Shown here piece by piece: positions 25,901 to 40,900 of a DNA stretch of 64,000 nucleotides (positions are counted from its first letter, which is position 1; each line of letters starts with the position of its first letter). The DNA lies in assembly GCA_053919585.1 (NCBI GenBank), contig CM132797.1, one strand, 5' to 3'. The notes beneath the pieces are model-generated. The model had not been told where the DNA came from. It saw only the letters and a list, made by a program, of their open reading frames with translations, and ran no database searches. This DNA is from Euprymna scolopes. Taxonomy: Eukaryota. A program made the position numbers and the translations under genes.

Positions 25901-28900
25901 CCTTTCCATCACATATTCCTGATTTATTCTGTTCACATGTTTTTAATTTTTCTCGATATGCTTTTCTTTCTTTTTATTCTTCTGCCCTTTTTGCCTCTTA
26001 CCTCCTCTATTTTTACTTTGTACTCCCCCATCCCATCCCTCACCCTTTCTTCCACCCTGCATTTTTTCTTTCTATGTCATATAAAGCTAAATCACCAAAC
26101 AAATATGATCAAACGAATTGACCAAAATATCTTGGTCCAGTTTTAATGATGTGCTTGTATCCTTATTTTTACTATCATGTTAACTTGCTTATCCACATTT
26201 CCATAAAGTAATTTTATATTTTGTCTAAAATTTTCGTTTCATATTCACTCCTTCATATGTATATTTTTATTTTCAGGTTCTTATATACGATCGATTTGGA
26301 CAAGATATTATTTCTCCTCTATTGAATGTGAAAGAACTCAGAGATTTAGGCGTTACTTTACACTTGTAAGTATTTTATTTTCAATGATTTTTTTTTTTTT
26401 AGTTTTTAAACATTTCATTTTTAGGCAGTTACAACTGAAAAGTTTTTCATACAAGAATTTGGATGCTAAAACCAGCGCAACTTCAAGGAATTGCCTTTTG
26501 ACTTTTTTTTATTTATTTTTTTATTTTTGAAAGAGCAGCGCGACTATTACAAAATGTGAAATTGCAGATTGTAATTTTCATTAAACAAAGCATTTTATTT
26601 AGAAAAAAAAAGGCTGAAAACATTTAAGAATGATCCTGCGACGACTTTTTAATGTAACAAAGTTTATAACATTAATAACAAAAAACTAATCTTTAATGTT
26701 ACAAAACAGAACGAAGATGGAATGATAATTGTACAAGAATTGTAATTTTTATTAAAAAAAATTTTTAAAAAACAAAAGTTTAGTTTTTAGCGTTCTGAAT
26801 TCTATGGAAAAAAAAACGAATGAATCTTTTAGTAAAATAGTTATCTCTCTTAGATCAATAAAGACTTATACAAAAGGATAAATAGTTCCCCATCATAAAC
26901 TACATTATGTTCAATTATTGAAGGGACGCTATTGCAATAATTGCCTCCCTCTATGTAAAGTTTAATTTAAATCAATTTAAATCAATGTAAATTTCAATTC
27001 CAATAATCAATTTAAAAAAATAAAAATTACAGAAAGATTAATTATTTATTTTGTTTGTAAAAATTAACTTCTGTATGAGAATTTTATTGCAACAAAATAA
27101 AGATATTAAAACTTTATTTTTTTATTAGTGTCCACATGTTAATAATTGTGGCAAATACGTTTGAATATATTTAAAAAAAATTAGTATTGATGTTCTCACC
27201 ATTACCAGTTTAATGTTAGTTTTACATGCTGGCATGTGTTGGACAACTTTGAGAAATTGACTTCCAAACTAACCTATTCTCTGGCCAGATCTTTATTTAA
27301 ACTTCATAACCTGAAATACAACAGATTTTCTTTAGAGGTTATTTCCTTTGTCGAGGCAAGATTTTTCTAGGCTTAATGCTCCTTCTGATGCCAACACAAT
27401 TTGGTGATGGGAACCAGTGCTTTTATGGAAGCACTATCTTTACCAAGACGAAAGATTGATTCATCTGATTTCTTGAACAACTATGTACATCATTAGCTAT
27501 GCTGCGTTGATTAAGACGCAGCAAAGTCTTTTAGTTTTTAATTTTTATTTACACATAACACAAACAATTCTCCAATTTAAAATAGTTATTTGATTTTATG
27601 TAGCCAGGGATAAAATTAGTGTGGATCAAAAATTATTTTGAGAAATTAAAGAACTTGATTTCTTTATTTATCTTTGAGTAGGTTTTTATTGCTCTTTCTC
27701 TCAACTCCATTTTTATCGCTTCCTCCCATGTTTTACTTGGCCTTTCCCTATGAACTGAACCTGTTACCTCAACTGTTCTACATCCACTGACCCAAGAACT
27801 CTTAATATGGCTATACCGTTGAAATCTCCTATTCTACACACGTCTTCATATAATCTTCCTGAGATCATTAGAACTAAATCTGTCTTTAAGACTTGCAAAA
27901 GTTCCCTAGACTCATTCCATCCATCTAGTAATATATAAGTTTAATAAGTTTAATAAGTGGATTGACGTAACTTTGATTGTGACGTCTGCAATTTATGATT
28001 CTTCCTTTGTGTAACAGGTTACTTCATACCGATAGAGATCCGATGCCAGACGTTCCTGCCATTTATTTTGTTATGCCAACAGACGAAAATGTTCAGCGAA
28101 TTTGTCGAGTGAGTATTTATGACAAATAATTTTACACAGCAAAAATCTGTTTTTTAATCCATAACTAAAGCAAAATAAATCTTGTTTGAAGAAAATTTCA
28201 ACACATAAAAATACAATGAATTTTAATTGATAATTGAATTTCTATTTTTTGCAACCCTATCCATCCATCAATCCATATCTTTAAGCCCCTGGAGGGCATA
28301 GGCCAGCTGCATCTTTGTAGATGCTTTTTTAGTGAGAAGTTTTCGTTTTTTTGGGGGCTGAGGGTACTGGCCCCATGGCTAACCTTCCAAGAAGGTATAT
28401 ACAGCGCCTCACCTTCCCAAATGATCACCCATCTGGTATTGGGCAGGCTCAACGTTGCTTAACTTTGGTGATCTGCCGAGAACCAGTGTGTCAACGTGAT
28501 TGTGCGATACAATTTTTTTTAGCTAAATACATTATCATATTGCCAAGAGTATGATGCAACAATAGCAAATGAAAATTAACTCCTTAGAAATGAAGATTTG
28601 CTGTTTAGATCTGACTTTGAAAATCTGACCAACTCTATATGCTAGATTATAAACTTTCAACAGATCTTAGAGTCTGATATCAAAATCTAATATAAAACCC
28701 AAACAAATAGTATTTAAAAAAAATATTAACAATACATGTTTGAATAAAAAATTTTCCCTCTGTATTTATCTGCACATGAACACACTTTGAACACCTACTA
28801 GACACTATCCATGAGTGTCTAAGGTCTCTGTACAGTGGTTTATTAGGACAATCTGGTATGCTCTGACTAATGATTCAAAGTCCAAATAAGATCCCCTCTG

Positions 28901-31900
28901 TATGGCTATGCACTGGCACATATGAGGAATGGTGCATCTTCTCCAAGTAATGTTACCTTAAGTAACAGAAGTTATTTGGATACTCCACCAGACAAAATGA
29001 AGGTACTCTTGCATAATTTGACCCGAATTCTCGTGAATTCCCGTCAAGCATGGATTGGGCGAGACCGGAGTTTAAAAATATTTTTGTTTGTCAGCTTTTT
29101 TCTTTTTTTTTGTTGGTTTAGTTGCTTTCTTCTTCCAATTCGAATGTCGTCTGCTTCCATTTAGATAGCGCTTTTTCTTTGGCTAATCAAACTCTTAAAA
29201 ATTCAATCAAAAAAAATAAATAATAAATAAGTAACTAATCAGAAAATAAAAAGCCCCCCCCCTTAATATCACCTTAAAAATCACAAAAACATAACAGAAA
29301 AAAAAATTAAATAAATAAAATATAAAAGTCGAGTTAGTGTTTCAACATTTGAACAATGCCTGCGCTTGCGGCTGACACCGATGATTACCGGTCTCGCCTG
29401 ATCCATGTTTGACGGGAATTCACAAGAATTTGGGTCAAATTATGCAAAAGTACCAAAATGAATCCTTGTCCTGGTGTGGTACTTTCTCGTACTATTTCGT
29501 ACTATTTTGTACCACTGGTCATGTGGTTCCCCACCACCATAACCTGGGTGTGATTTGGTTGCGCAGAATGATACACTGAAAAAATGGGATCACAATGCAA
29601 TTTCACGATTCCCTTTATCTTCGATCCTGGTTACGGCACTGTTATGTCGTCACAGAATATAACTGGTTGTTAAATGTGGGAATTACAAGAAGACATCGTT
29701 TTGGCACAAAATTATTTATTTAAACAGAAAAACAGTAAAACAACAGGAAAGCAACAGATGATGTGAAATGCTGTGTCAGCCATCTTGAAAAGTCTTCCCC
29801 CCCCCTTGCCATCCAGGGGAGATAACTCTTTGCTTTTCGGTTATTTCCCTTTATAACAGGCACCAAATCTGTAACATGATGGGCCAATCACCAGAGTGAC
29901 GGCCCAACGGTTACAAGAAATGTCTTGGGAACGGTACAAATCTGTAACACGATGGCCCAGTCAATAGCATGACCGACCCACGTGTTACGTAAATGTCTTG
30001 AAATGGCACCAGATTGTAACAAGGATCAGTCGCTTCAACATCTTTTTGTCAGAGTTGAAGAGTAAAGGCATACCTGGGATTTTGGGTGTGGCTGGCTGGC
30101 TTCACTCTCTCAGGATGATGTCTTCATGCTGGTAGTTTTCTAGCTGGAATCATCTCTGTGTTGGAGTCCCCCTGACTGGAACAGCTACAGGTACTGTCAA
30201 CACAATTGTAATATACATATATAAATTTGAACTAGTTTATTTTTGTACATAAATATATTACAATATTTTACAATTTAAAATTACAACAATCAACAATTAA
30301 TTTTGGATTATAAGCTATCTAGCTATTTCTAACTAGTGCTAAAGGAGAGAGCGTGCCTCCTCTTCTCCCTTTACAGAAAGGCCAAAAAGTACTTGCTCAC
30401 CTCATGGTTGCTGGCATCAAAGAGAAATGGAATCGTGAAATTACATTGTGGTTCCCTTTTTCAGTGTATCACTCTGCTCAACCAAATCACACCCTAGCTA
30501 TGGTAGAGATGAACCACACGACCAATGGCACTAGAAATAGTGCCACATTGGAAATTCGTAAGACCACAAGGAATATATACTATAACACTGCTCAATTTGA
30601 TAAAAATTATGCTCTCAACATTTTTTTCATGTTTGTGAGATAAGAGAGCTGGAATTGAATATTCAAATGAAAGATGCTCGACTCAGAAAGACGGCACCTT
30701 AATTGCTGAAAATTTAAACTCAAATGAAATAAAAGGTGAATTAAAACAAAAAAAACTTTCTTCTCAGTTGAATTCTCAAATAGTCATAACTTTTTTCGTA
30801 CAAAATCGATATTTTCTTCTGGTTTTTCAGTTTTCTTTGTGGAATGTTTGACTTTATTCTTAACAACAATAAATCTACTTCATATTATTTAGACGGAATT
30901 TCGAAATTCCCAAGTTCGACGGAAACATTCTCAAGTTTGACAAGATACACCTGAAGGAGGTTGGAGGTTACATTCACCAAAACATTGTGTAAATGACACT
31001 CAAGATGAGAACAGTAGTCTGAAGAATCTAAATAATACGAATAACTAATCCTCATCTCAAAAATTCAGAAATAAACTACTTCTATGCATAAAACGGATAT
31101 AATAGAAGCAGCAGCAGCCATTGCAACCTTTACAATTATTAGTTTTATAAAATATGTATCTAACTACTGTGGTTGAGATTCAGACTGATGATCATATGTT
31201 TTTCGTCTCTGCATCCTATTTTTCTTCTCTTATTTTCTTCTTGTTTGGAAAGTTATTACTTATTATTATTATTACTTATTATTATTATTATTATTATTAC
31301 TTATTATTATTATTATTATTATTAGTACTTATGAGCAGATAGTTTGCTAATAGCAAAAACATAATAGTATAAATTATTAAAACCAATGTATTTCTGTTCC
31401 TTAATGCCTGTTTCAGTTATTTTAATATTTTGTAATTACTTGGAAATTACAAAAAATGACTTGTATAATTACCCTTCAAAAGTTTACAGCAATTTGTATA
31501 ATTACCCTTCAAAAGTTTACAGCAAAATTTAAGTTGTTTGCATAAAAAGTAATTCTAACTAGCTTTAAACTGTAAGTTGTGGCTTAATTTAAATATACAA
31601 AATGGGGGGGGGAGTAATAAAATTAAAGTAAAACCACTCCCGGGTAATACCGGGTCAGGACAACTAGTATATAATATAAATATATAAGTCAAACTCTCAA
31701 ATATTTCATCAAATCGACCCCCAAAATATCTGTAAATTCATTTTCATTATTAATTTTTTTCTTTTTTCCAGGATTTTGAAAATCAAATGTATGATTCTTA
31801 CTACCTGAACTTTATATCTTGCGTGTCTCGACAAAAACTAGAAGATATAGCAAGTACTGCCATCCAACACAACTGTGTCTCATTAATATCTAAGGTCAGT

Positions 31901-34900
31901 ATTTAGTTTTACTTTTATTTGTTGCATATCCTCAATGCTATGGATATGGGTGTGTCTGCCTTTCCTGAACTGGAACTATTTTTCTTGTGACTGTGATTTG
32001 ATGTAATGAAAAAAAGAAAAAGATTTTCAGGACTCCTTCTCACCAACACCGCAATTCATACCAACACTTAAACCATAATTCTCAACTCTCAACAACTATG
32101 CTAATTCATCCTTCTTCTAGTTGATATTCCCCTCACATGCAAATTAATACCATATATAAAGAATTCATCTACAAACTTAAGTTTTTCTTCTTGTGCCTTT
32201 CTCGATTCTGTCAACTGACAGGCCAACTAGGGGTGCTGCTGCTTGTGTATCTTCTATTACACTTGAAGATTACGCTCTTGGCCATAGTATACTGTAGACC
32301 CCCTCCCATTTAAAATTTAGATTTTTAAAGAATAAAAAAAAGAATTTCTGTTGCTCACTGAAGAAACAATTGAAGAACTAAATTACAAGAACATAAACCT
32401 TTTTTTTTTTTTTTTATGAAAAAATTCATAAATGCTATTCGATTGTCCATTTTCTAACACCTTTAGTAGTTGGTGAGTTTAGTTGTTTGTTTTCTGTGCT
32501 TTAAGGAGATAACAATTATCATCATATTTAGTTTAACGTCCATTTTAAATGCTGGTATATATTAGTTAGCTTTTAGAAATTGACTTTGAAACTAACCTAT
32601 CTTTGGCCAGGTCTTTATCCCTCTTTCTCTCGTATCCTTCCTTTAGACTTTCTCTCATGTTGGTCCCCCAATTTATCAGAGAGGGACTTAAGTTTTCAGT
32701 GGCGCCTGTGCTTCCGTGCGCCCAGACGATTGCCAAATGACCGTCCATTAGTTTTTCCTGAAATTTTGCCACAAATTGTATTTCATTAAATAGATGTGCA
32801 CAGTAAAAAAATTGTTTTGCAAAAATTCCCGTTGCGTCCCCAGGGGCTCAAAAGAGGTCAAAAATGCCCCAAAATGATACGTTTTGCCCCATAACTTTTG
32901 ATCCATCTATTAGATTTTTCTGAGACTTGGCCAAGATATGGAGCCCATTGTTCTTAATATAAATTCAGTATGGGTTACCCTGGCAAAATTCTGGTTCACG
33001 TCCCCGGAGACTTAGAGTGCTAAAAATGCCCCTTTTTGTGGCTCTTTTTCATATTTCTCAACAAAAACTTGATGTGTCTGACTATATAGTGGTTTTTCAT
33101 GGTGGTCCACTCAAATATATGTGTTAAGACCTGAAACTGCACCGTTTTCAATTTACACTGGGATTCGGCATATCTAGTGGCTCAAAAGAGGTAAAAAATG
33201 TCCCAAAATGGCTAAAAATGACACTTTGCCCCATAGCGTTTGATTTTCCTTGCCAAAATGTTGAGGCCATTGTTTTTAATATTAATTCAGTATGAGTGAC
33301 CCTGGCAAAATTCTGATTCGCATCCCTCTGGGACTTTTAGGGTTAAAAAAAATGTGCCTTTATGGAGCTCTTTTTTTCATATTACTCAAAAACTTGATAT
33401 TTTGTCTATATAGTGGTTTTCCATGGTGCTGAATTCAAATATACGTCCTAAGGCATGAAACTGAACCATTTATCAATTTTCACTGGGATTTAGTATTCCC
33501 AGGATATCAAAAGGTGTCATAAATGCCTCAAAATTGCAAAAAATGACAGTTTTTACCCCATAACTTTTGCCCCATTAATTAAATTTTCCTGAAACTTGGC
33601 GAAAATGTGAAGGCAACGTTGGCCCTTCACACTTCTCACATTCATCATTTTTTCACTATTTTTTTGTTGCATCATCTCACATGCAGCACCAGAGGGAAAC
33701 CACACGCGTGACTTGTTTACTTAATGGACCTCTATCAAGTCGACAAAATACAATTGAAGAAGGTTGGAGATTACATTAACTGAAACATTGTATAAATGAC
33801 ACTCAAGATGAGAACGGTAGTCCAATGAATCCAATTGTTACAAATGTTTTGATAGCTTATTTAGTATTTATTTTTTGAAATGATTTTTGTCAAAAATTTT
33901 AATTTTATCTTGTATTTTCCTGAAATTCTAGACCTTGATATTTGTTGTTAATCTTCTGATCTCGATATTTGTTGTTAATCTTCTGATCTCGATATTTGTT
34001 GTTAATCTTCTGATCTCGATATTTGTTGTTAATCTTCTGATCTCGATATTTGTTGTTAATCTTATGATCTCGATATTTGTTGTTAATCTTCTGATCTCGA
34101 TATTTGTTGTTAATCTTCTGATCTCGATATTTGTTGTTAATCTTATGATCTCGATATTTGTTGTTAATCTTCTGATCTCGATATTTGTTGTTAATCTTAT
34201 GATCTCGATATTTGTTGTTAATCTTATGATCTCGATATTTGTTGTTAATCTTATGATCTCGATATTTGTTGTTAATCTTATGATCTCGATATTTGTTGTT
34301 AATCTTCTGATCTCGATATTTGTTGTTAATCTTCTGATCTCGATATTTGTTGTAAATCTTATGATCTCGATATTTGTTTTTAATCTTATGATCTCGATAT
34401 TTGTTGTTAATCTTATGATCTCGATATTTGTTTTTAATCTTATGATCTCGATATTTGTTGTTAATCTTATGATCTCGATATTTGTTGTTAATCTTATGAT
34501 CTCGATATTTGTTGTTAATCTTCTGATCTCGATATTTGTTGTTAATCTTATGATCTCGATATTTGTTTTTAATCTTATGATCTCGATATTTGTTGTTAAT
34601 CTTATGATCTCGATATTTGTTTTTAATCTTATGATCTCGATATTTGTTGTTAATCTTATGATCTCGATATTTGTTGTTAATCTTCTGATCTCGATATTTG
34701 TTGTTAATCTTCTGATCTCGATATTTGTTGTAAATCTTATGATCTCGATATTTGTTTTTAATCTTATGATCTCGATATTTGTTGTTAATCTTATGATCTC
34801 GATATTTGTTGTTAATCTTATGATCTCGATATTTGTTGTTAATCTTATGATCTCGATATTTGTTGTTAATCTATGATCTCAATATTTGTTGTTAAGCTAT

Positions 34901-37900
34901 GATCTCGATATTTGTTGTTAATCTTCTGATCTCGATATTTGTTGTTAATCTTCTGATCTCGATATTTGTTGTAAATCTTATGATCTCGATATTTGTTTTT
35001 AATCTTATGATCTCGATATTTGTTGTTAATCTTATGATCTCGATATTTGTTGTTAATCTTATGATCTCGATATTTGTTGTTAATCTTCTGATCTCGATAT
35101 TTGTTGTTAATCTTCTGATCTCGATATTTGTTGTAAATCTTATGATCTCGATATTTGTTTTTAATCTTATGATCTCGATATTTGTTGTTAATCTTATGAT
35201 CTCGATATTTGTTGTTAATCTATGATCTCAATATTTGTTGTTAAGCTATGATCTCGATATTTGTTGTTAATCTTCTGATCTCGATATTTGTTGTAAATCT
35301 TATGATCTCGATATTTGTTTTTAATCTTATGATCTCGATATTTGTTGTTAATCTTATGATCTCGATATTTGTTGTTAATCTTATGATCTCGATATTTGTT
35401 GTTAATCTTCTGATCTCGATATTTGTTGTTAATCTTATGATCTCGATATTTGTTGTTAATCTTCTGATCTCGATATTTGTTGTAAATCTTATGATCTCGA
35501 TATTTGTTTTTAATCTTATGATCTCGATATTTGTTGTTAATCTTCTGATCTCGATATTTGTTGTTAATCTTCTGATCTCGATATTTGTTTTTAATCTTAT
35601 GATCTCGATATTTGTTGTTAATCTTATGATCTCGATATTTGTTGTTAATCTTATGATCTCGATATTTGTTTTTAATCTTATGATCTCGATATTTGTTGTT
35701 AATCTTATGATCTCGATATTTGTTGTTAATCTTATGATCTCGATATTTGTTGTTAATCTTCTGATCTCGATATTTGTTGTTAATCTTCTGATCTCGATAT
35801 TTGTTGTAAATCTTATGATCTCGATATTTGTTTTTAATCTTATGATCTCGATATTTGTTGTTAATCTTATGATCTCGATATTTGTTGTTAATCTTATGAT
35901 CTCGATATTTGTTGTTAATCTTATGATCTCGATATTTGTTGTTAATCTTATGATCTCGATATTTGTTTTTAATCTTATGATCTCGATATTTGTTGTTAAT
36001 CTTATGATCTCGATATTTGTTGTTAATCTTATGATCTCGATATTTGTTGTTAATCTTCTGATCTCGATATTTGTTGTTAATCTTCTGATCTCGATATTTG
36101 TTGTAAATCTTATGATCTCGATATTTGTTTTTAATCTTATGATCTCGATATTTGTTGTTAAACTTATGATCTCGATATTTGTTGTTAATCTTATGATCTC
36201 GATATTTGTTGTTAATCTATGATCTCAATATTTGTTGTTAAGCTATGATCTCGATATTTGTTGTTAATCTTCTGATCTCGATATTTGTTGTAAATCTTAT
36301 GATCTCGATATTTGTTTTTAATCTTATGATCTCGATATTTGTTGTTAATCTTATGATCTCGATATTTGTTGTTAATCTTATGATCTCGATATTTGTTGTT
36401 AATCTATGATCTCGATATTTGTTGTTAATCTTCTGATCTCGATATTTGTTTTTAATCTTATGATCTCGATATTTGTTTTTAATCTTATGATCTCGATATT
36501 TGTTGTTAATCTTCTGATCTCGATATTTGTTCGTTAATCTTCTGATCTCGATATTTGTTGTTAATCTATGATCTCGATATTTGTTGTTAATCTTCTGATC
36601 TCGATATTTGTTTTTAATCTTATTATCTCGATATTTGTTTTTAATCTTATGATCTCGATATTTGTTGTTAATCTTCTGATCTCGATATTTGTTCGTTAAT
36701 CTTCTGATCTCGATATTTGTTGTTAATCTATGATCTCGATATTTGTTGTTAATCTTCTGATCTCGATATTTGTTTTTAATCTTATGATCTCGATATTTGT
36801 TGTTAATCTTATGATCTCGATATTTGTTGTTAATCTTATGATCTCGATATTTGTTGTTAATCTATGATCTCGATATTTGTTGTTAATCTTCTGATCTCGA
36901 TATTTGTTTTTAATCTTATGATCTCGATATTTGTTTTTAATCTTATGATCTCGATATTTGTTGTTAATCTTATGATCTCGATATTTGTTGTTAATCTTAT
37001 GATCTCGATATTTGTTGTTAATCTATGATCTCGATATTTGTTGTTAATCTTCTGATCTCGATATTTGTTTTTAATCTTATGATCTCGATATTTGTTTTTA
37101 ATCTTATGATCTCGATATTTGTTGTTAATCTTCTGATCTCGATATTTGTTCGTTAATCTTCTGATCTCGATATTTGTTGTTAATCTATGATCTCGATATT
37201 TGTTGTTAATCTTCTGATCTCGATATTTGTTTTTAATCTTATTATCTCGATATTTGTTTTTAATCTTATGATCTCGATATTTGTTGTTAATCTTCTGATC
37301 TCGATATTTGTTCGTTAATCTTCTGATCTCGATATTTGTTGTTAATCTATGATCTCGATATTTGTTGTTAATCTTCTGATCTCGATATTTGTTTTTAATC
37401 TTATGATCTCGATATTTGTTTTTAATCTTCTGATCTCGATATTTGTTGTTAATCTTATGATCTCGATATTTGTTGTTAATCTATGATCTTGATATTTGTT
37501 GTTAATCTTCTGATCTCGATATTTGTTTTTAATCTTATGATCTCGATATTTGTTTTTAATCTTATGATCTTGATATTTGTTGTTAATCTTCTGATCTCGA
37601 TATTTGTTTTTAATCTTATGATCTCGATATTTGTTGTTAATCTATGATCTTGATATTTGTTGTTAATCTTCTGATCTCGATATTTGTTTTTAATCTTATG
37701 ATCTCGATATTTGTTTTTAATCTTCTGATCTTGATATTTGTTGTTAATCTTCTGATCTCGATATTTGTTCGTTAATCTTCTGATCTCGATATTTGTTCGT
37801 TAATCTTCTGATCTCGATATTTGTTCGTTAATCTTCTGATCTCGATATTTGTTCGTTAATCTTCTGATCTCGATATTTGTTCGTTAATCTTCTGATCTCG

Positions 37901-40900
37901 ATATTTGTTCGTTAATCTTCTGATCTCGATATTTGTTCGTTAATCTTCTGATCTCGATATTTGTTCGTTAATCTTCTGATCTCGATATTTGTTCGTTAAT
38001 CTTCTGATCTCGATATTTGTTCGTTAATCTTCTGATCTCGATATTTGTTCGTTAATCTTCTGATCTCGATATTTGTTCGTTAATCTTCTGATCTCGATAT
38101 TTGTTCGTTAATCTTCTGATCTCGATATTTGTTCGTTAATCTTCTGATCTCGATATTTGTTCGTTAATCTTCTGATCTCGATATTTGTTCGTTAATCTTC
38201 TGATCTCGATATTTGTTCGTTAATCTTCTGATCTCGATATTTGTTCGTTAATCTTCTGATCTCGATATTTGTTCGTTAATCTTCTGATCTCGATATTTGT
38301 TTGTTATAATAATTCCTTCGATCATTTAAGATTTCTTTTTTTTTTTACATCCCTTTAATAATCAATTCCTTTTTTGTATTTTGTCTTTTAATTTTAGATT
38401 TATGACCAATATTTGAACTTCATCTGCTTGGAAGATGACCTGTATACATTGCGACATCAAGAAAGAGATGCCATATCTTATTATGGTAATCATGTTTCTT
38501 TGCATCTCAAATTTAAATAAAACTTAATTTAAAAACATTCAATGACTTAGAAATGAATAAGTATCTTTGCGAGCATTTATTTTGTTAAATTTATTGTTTA
38601 TGAAAACGTCTTATCAGTTTCACTAAAAAATGTTTAATTTTTACTACAAAATAATTTTTCAAAGATAAAACGTATTTAAAAAATTTTTTTTTATTTATTT
38701 ATTCCAGCAATCAATCGGGGCCAAGTTGATGATAAAGAGATGGATACGATCATGGATATTATTACTGACAGTTTATTCTCGGTATTTGTAACATTAGGTA
38801 AGTATTTTTTTTCATTCTTTTATTGTAAGTATTTTTGTTTTTTTTTGTAATTTGTCTTGACATTAAAATATTTTCCAAATTTTGAGATGGGGATTTCCAA
38901 ATATTATTTGGATTCTTTTAATAACATTCCAACAGATGGTGCAATAAAGTGCAAAGAAATAAATAGTTCTAAATAAGTCTTTTGGAAGTTGAAGGTTCAA
39001 TCCTTAATACAGGCACTATTATGAATATAATTAAGAATTTTATCCGGTCATGGCTGACAGAATGAAGACGGTCTATCCCGTGGATTACTTTTGGCAGCCA
39101 TTTAACTCTTACTTTCCTTATATTGTCCTTTAGACCTCACATTCCAGGAACAATTCTTCTGACAAAAAGGTAATAATTGCTGTTTTATAAGTCAGAATCT
39201 ATTCCATCTAACATTTATCGTTGGCAAGTTTTTGACCTTGAAATCATATTTTTTTTTTTTTAACTCCTTACATCAAGTGGCTTCATGCCTTGTCTGGAGC
39301 AATTTCTAGTAAAAAAACAAAAACAAAATAAAAAGTACAGTTCAAAATTCCATACAGATTCCCAGGTTCGACAAGAGACAATTGAGGTCAAAGATCATAT
39401 TGGCCAAAATGTAAGAATAGTCCAAATAATTTGAATCGTATAAAATATGTATATTTAATGAATTGTTATAATCTTGGTTTGAAATGACTATAATCACATT
39501 GACACACTAGTTCTATAAGATCACTACAGTTAAGATTGGGCCTGTACAGTACCTTATGGGTGATTATTTGGAAATCAAACTCTCTTTAAAAATTAATCTA
39601 GAAATCATTTCTATACAAAAACACATTTTGACATACAATAATCCAATGATAGTTGACATGCTGTTAAAAAACTTTGACAAGTAGATTGAATAATCACCAT
39701 ATCGTAACATATTAGTTATTCTAAGATATTTATTATCTAGAGGATAAATATGAGTGTCTTTGATTCCGACATTAAAATAAGATAGAACCGATTTACATAT
39801 ATACAAACAATATATTTATTATGAACAATGGAAAAAAAAAACATAAGACCATATGTGTGCGTGTACACATGTGATCAGCCATAGTTCTGAAATGTGCATT
39901 AATGTTGTAGTGAGATAAAGTGTTCATTAATTTTTATGGTGAAATTAAGTTAAACTTACCTCGAATATTTGCATATGTGTACAGGTGGAAAATTGTTCCT
40001 TGCATGTGTGTATTTTTTGAGCTACTCGTATCGTGTGTATTCATTGTCGTGTCGAGGTGAAAAGAAAGAAAAAAGAAACAGAAAGAAAAGGTCAAAAGGA
40101 ATTGACGGTATTTTAGCTTTTCTCTCTGTTCTGTTTTACTCCGCATCACTTAAGATGTCGACCACTTACAATAATACAAAGATGTTTTTGTTATGAAATG
40201 GATTTGTAAGTAGAAACGCTCAAATATAAAGAAATAATTGGATGAAACGATTTTATGCAGATCATTAAGAGTAATGATTTATTTAAACAAGTCGCATCTG
40301 AAAGGAATCACTTTGAAAACCAGTGTCGGTGTTAGCGTTCATTGAATTATTGTTTCTGTTTATCACTTTGTCAAAATACAGGCAAAAAAACTGCTTTAAA
40401 AACTGTCTTTGGAACAAGGGAGATAACTTTTGCATACGAAGTTATTTCCCTTTTAAAAATATTTAATTTCCTTTAACTATAAAGTATTTGAAAGGTTCAT
40501 TTTCTCTGACATTTTTCTTGTGCAGTGATGTAAACACCGTTTTCTTACAAAGGATCCAAAATTAGTAATTAAAGCATTTTCCCGATTGAGTTGATCACTG
40601 ATGACAGAACACAAATATTTTATTTTCTTCTTTCAGGAATGGCACCTATTATCCGTTCTCCTCGAGGCAACGCAGCAGAACGAGTTGCAGAGAAACTTGA
40701 TAAAAAGCTCCGGGATAACATCAGAGATGCCCGAAACAGTTTATTTACCACAGACAGTATTCAGGCTGGCCAGTTTAGGTAAATTCACATATACAAAAGA
40801 CAACCATCAATATATTTTTTATTGTTTTTAATTTTTTTCTTTTTTTTTTCAGTTTATTGTGAGCATGTTTTTTATTGGTTTCATGGCATATCAACTTTTT

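Noticed and set aside
33935-36222. Long ORFs (313, 108 and 324 aa) of repeated ISIFVVNL(L/M)
   Set aside because: By-product of a stop-free 27-bp (9-codon) satellite inside an intron; broken wherever 26- or 28-bp variants occur.
33935-38300. CRISPR-like array
   Set aside because: Head-to-tail repeats with no unique spacers, no cas genes and a eukaryotic intron context.
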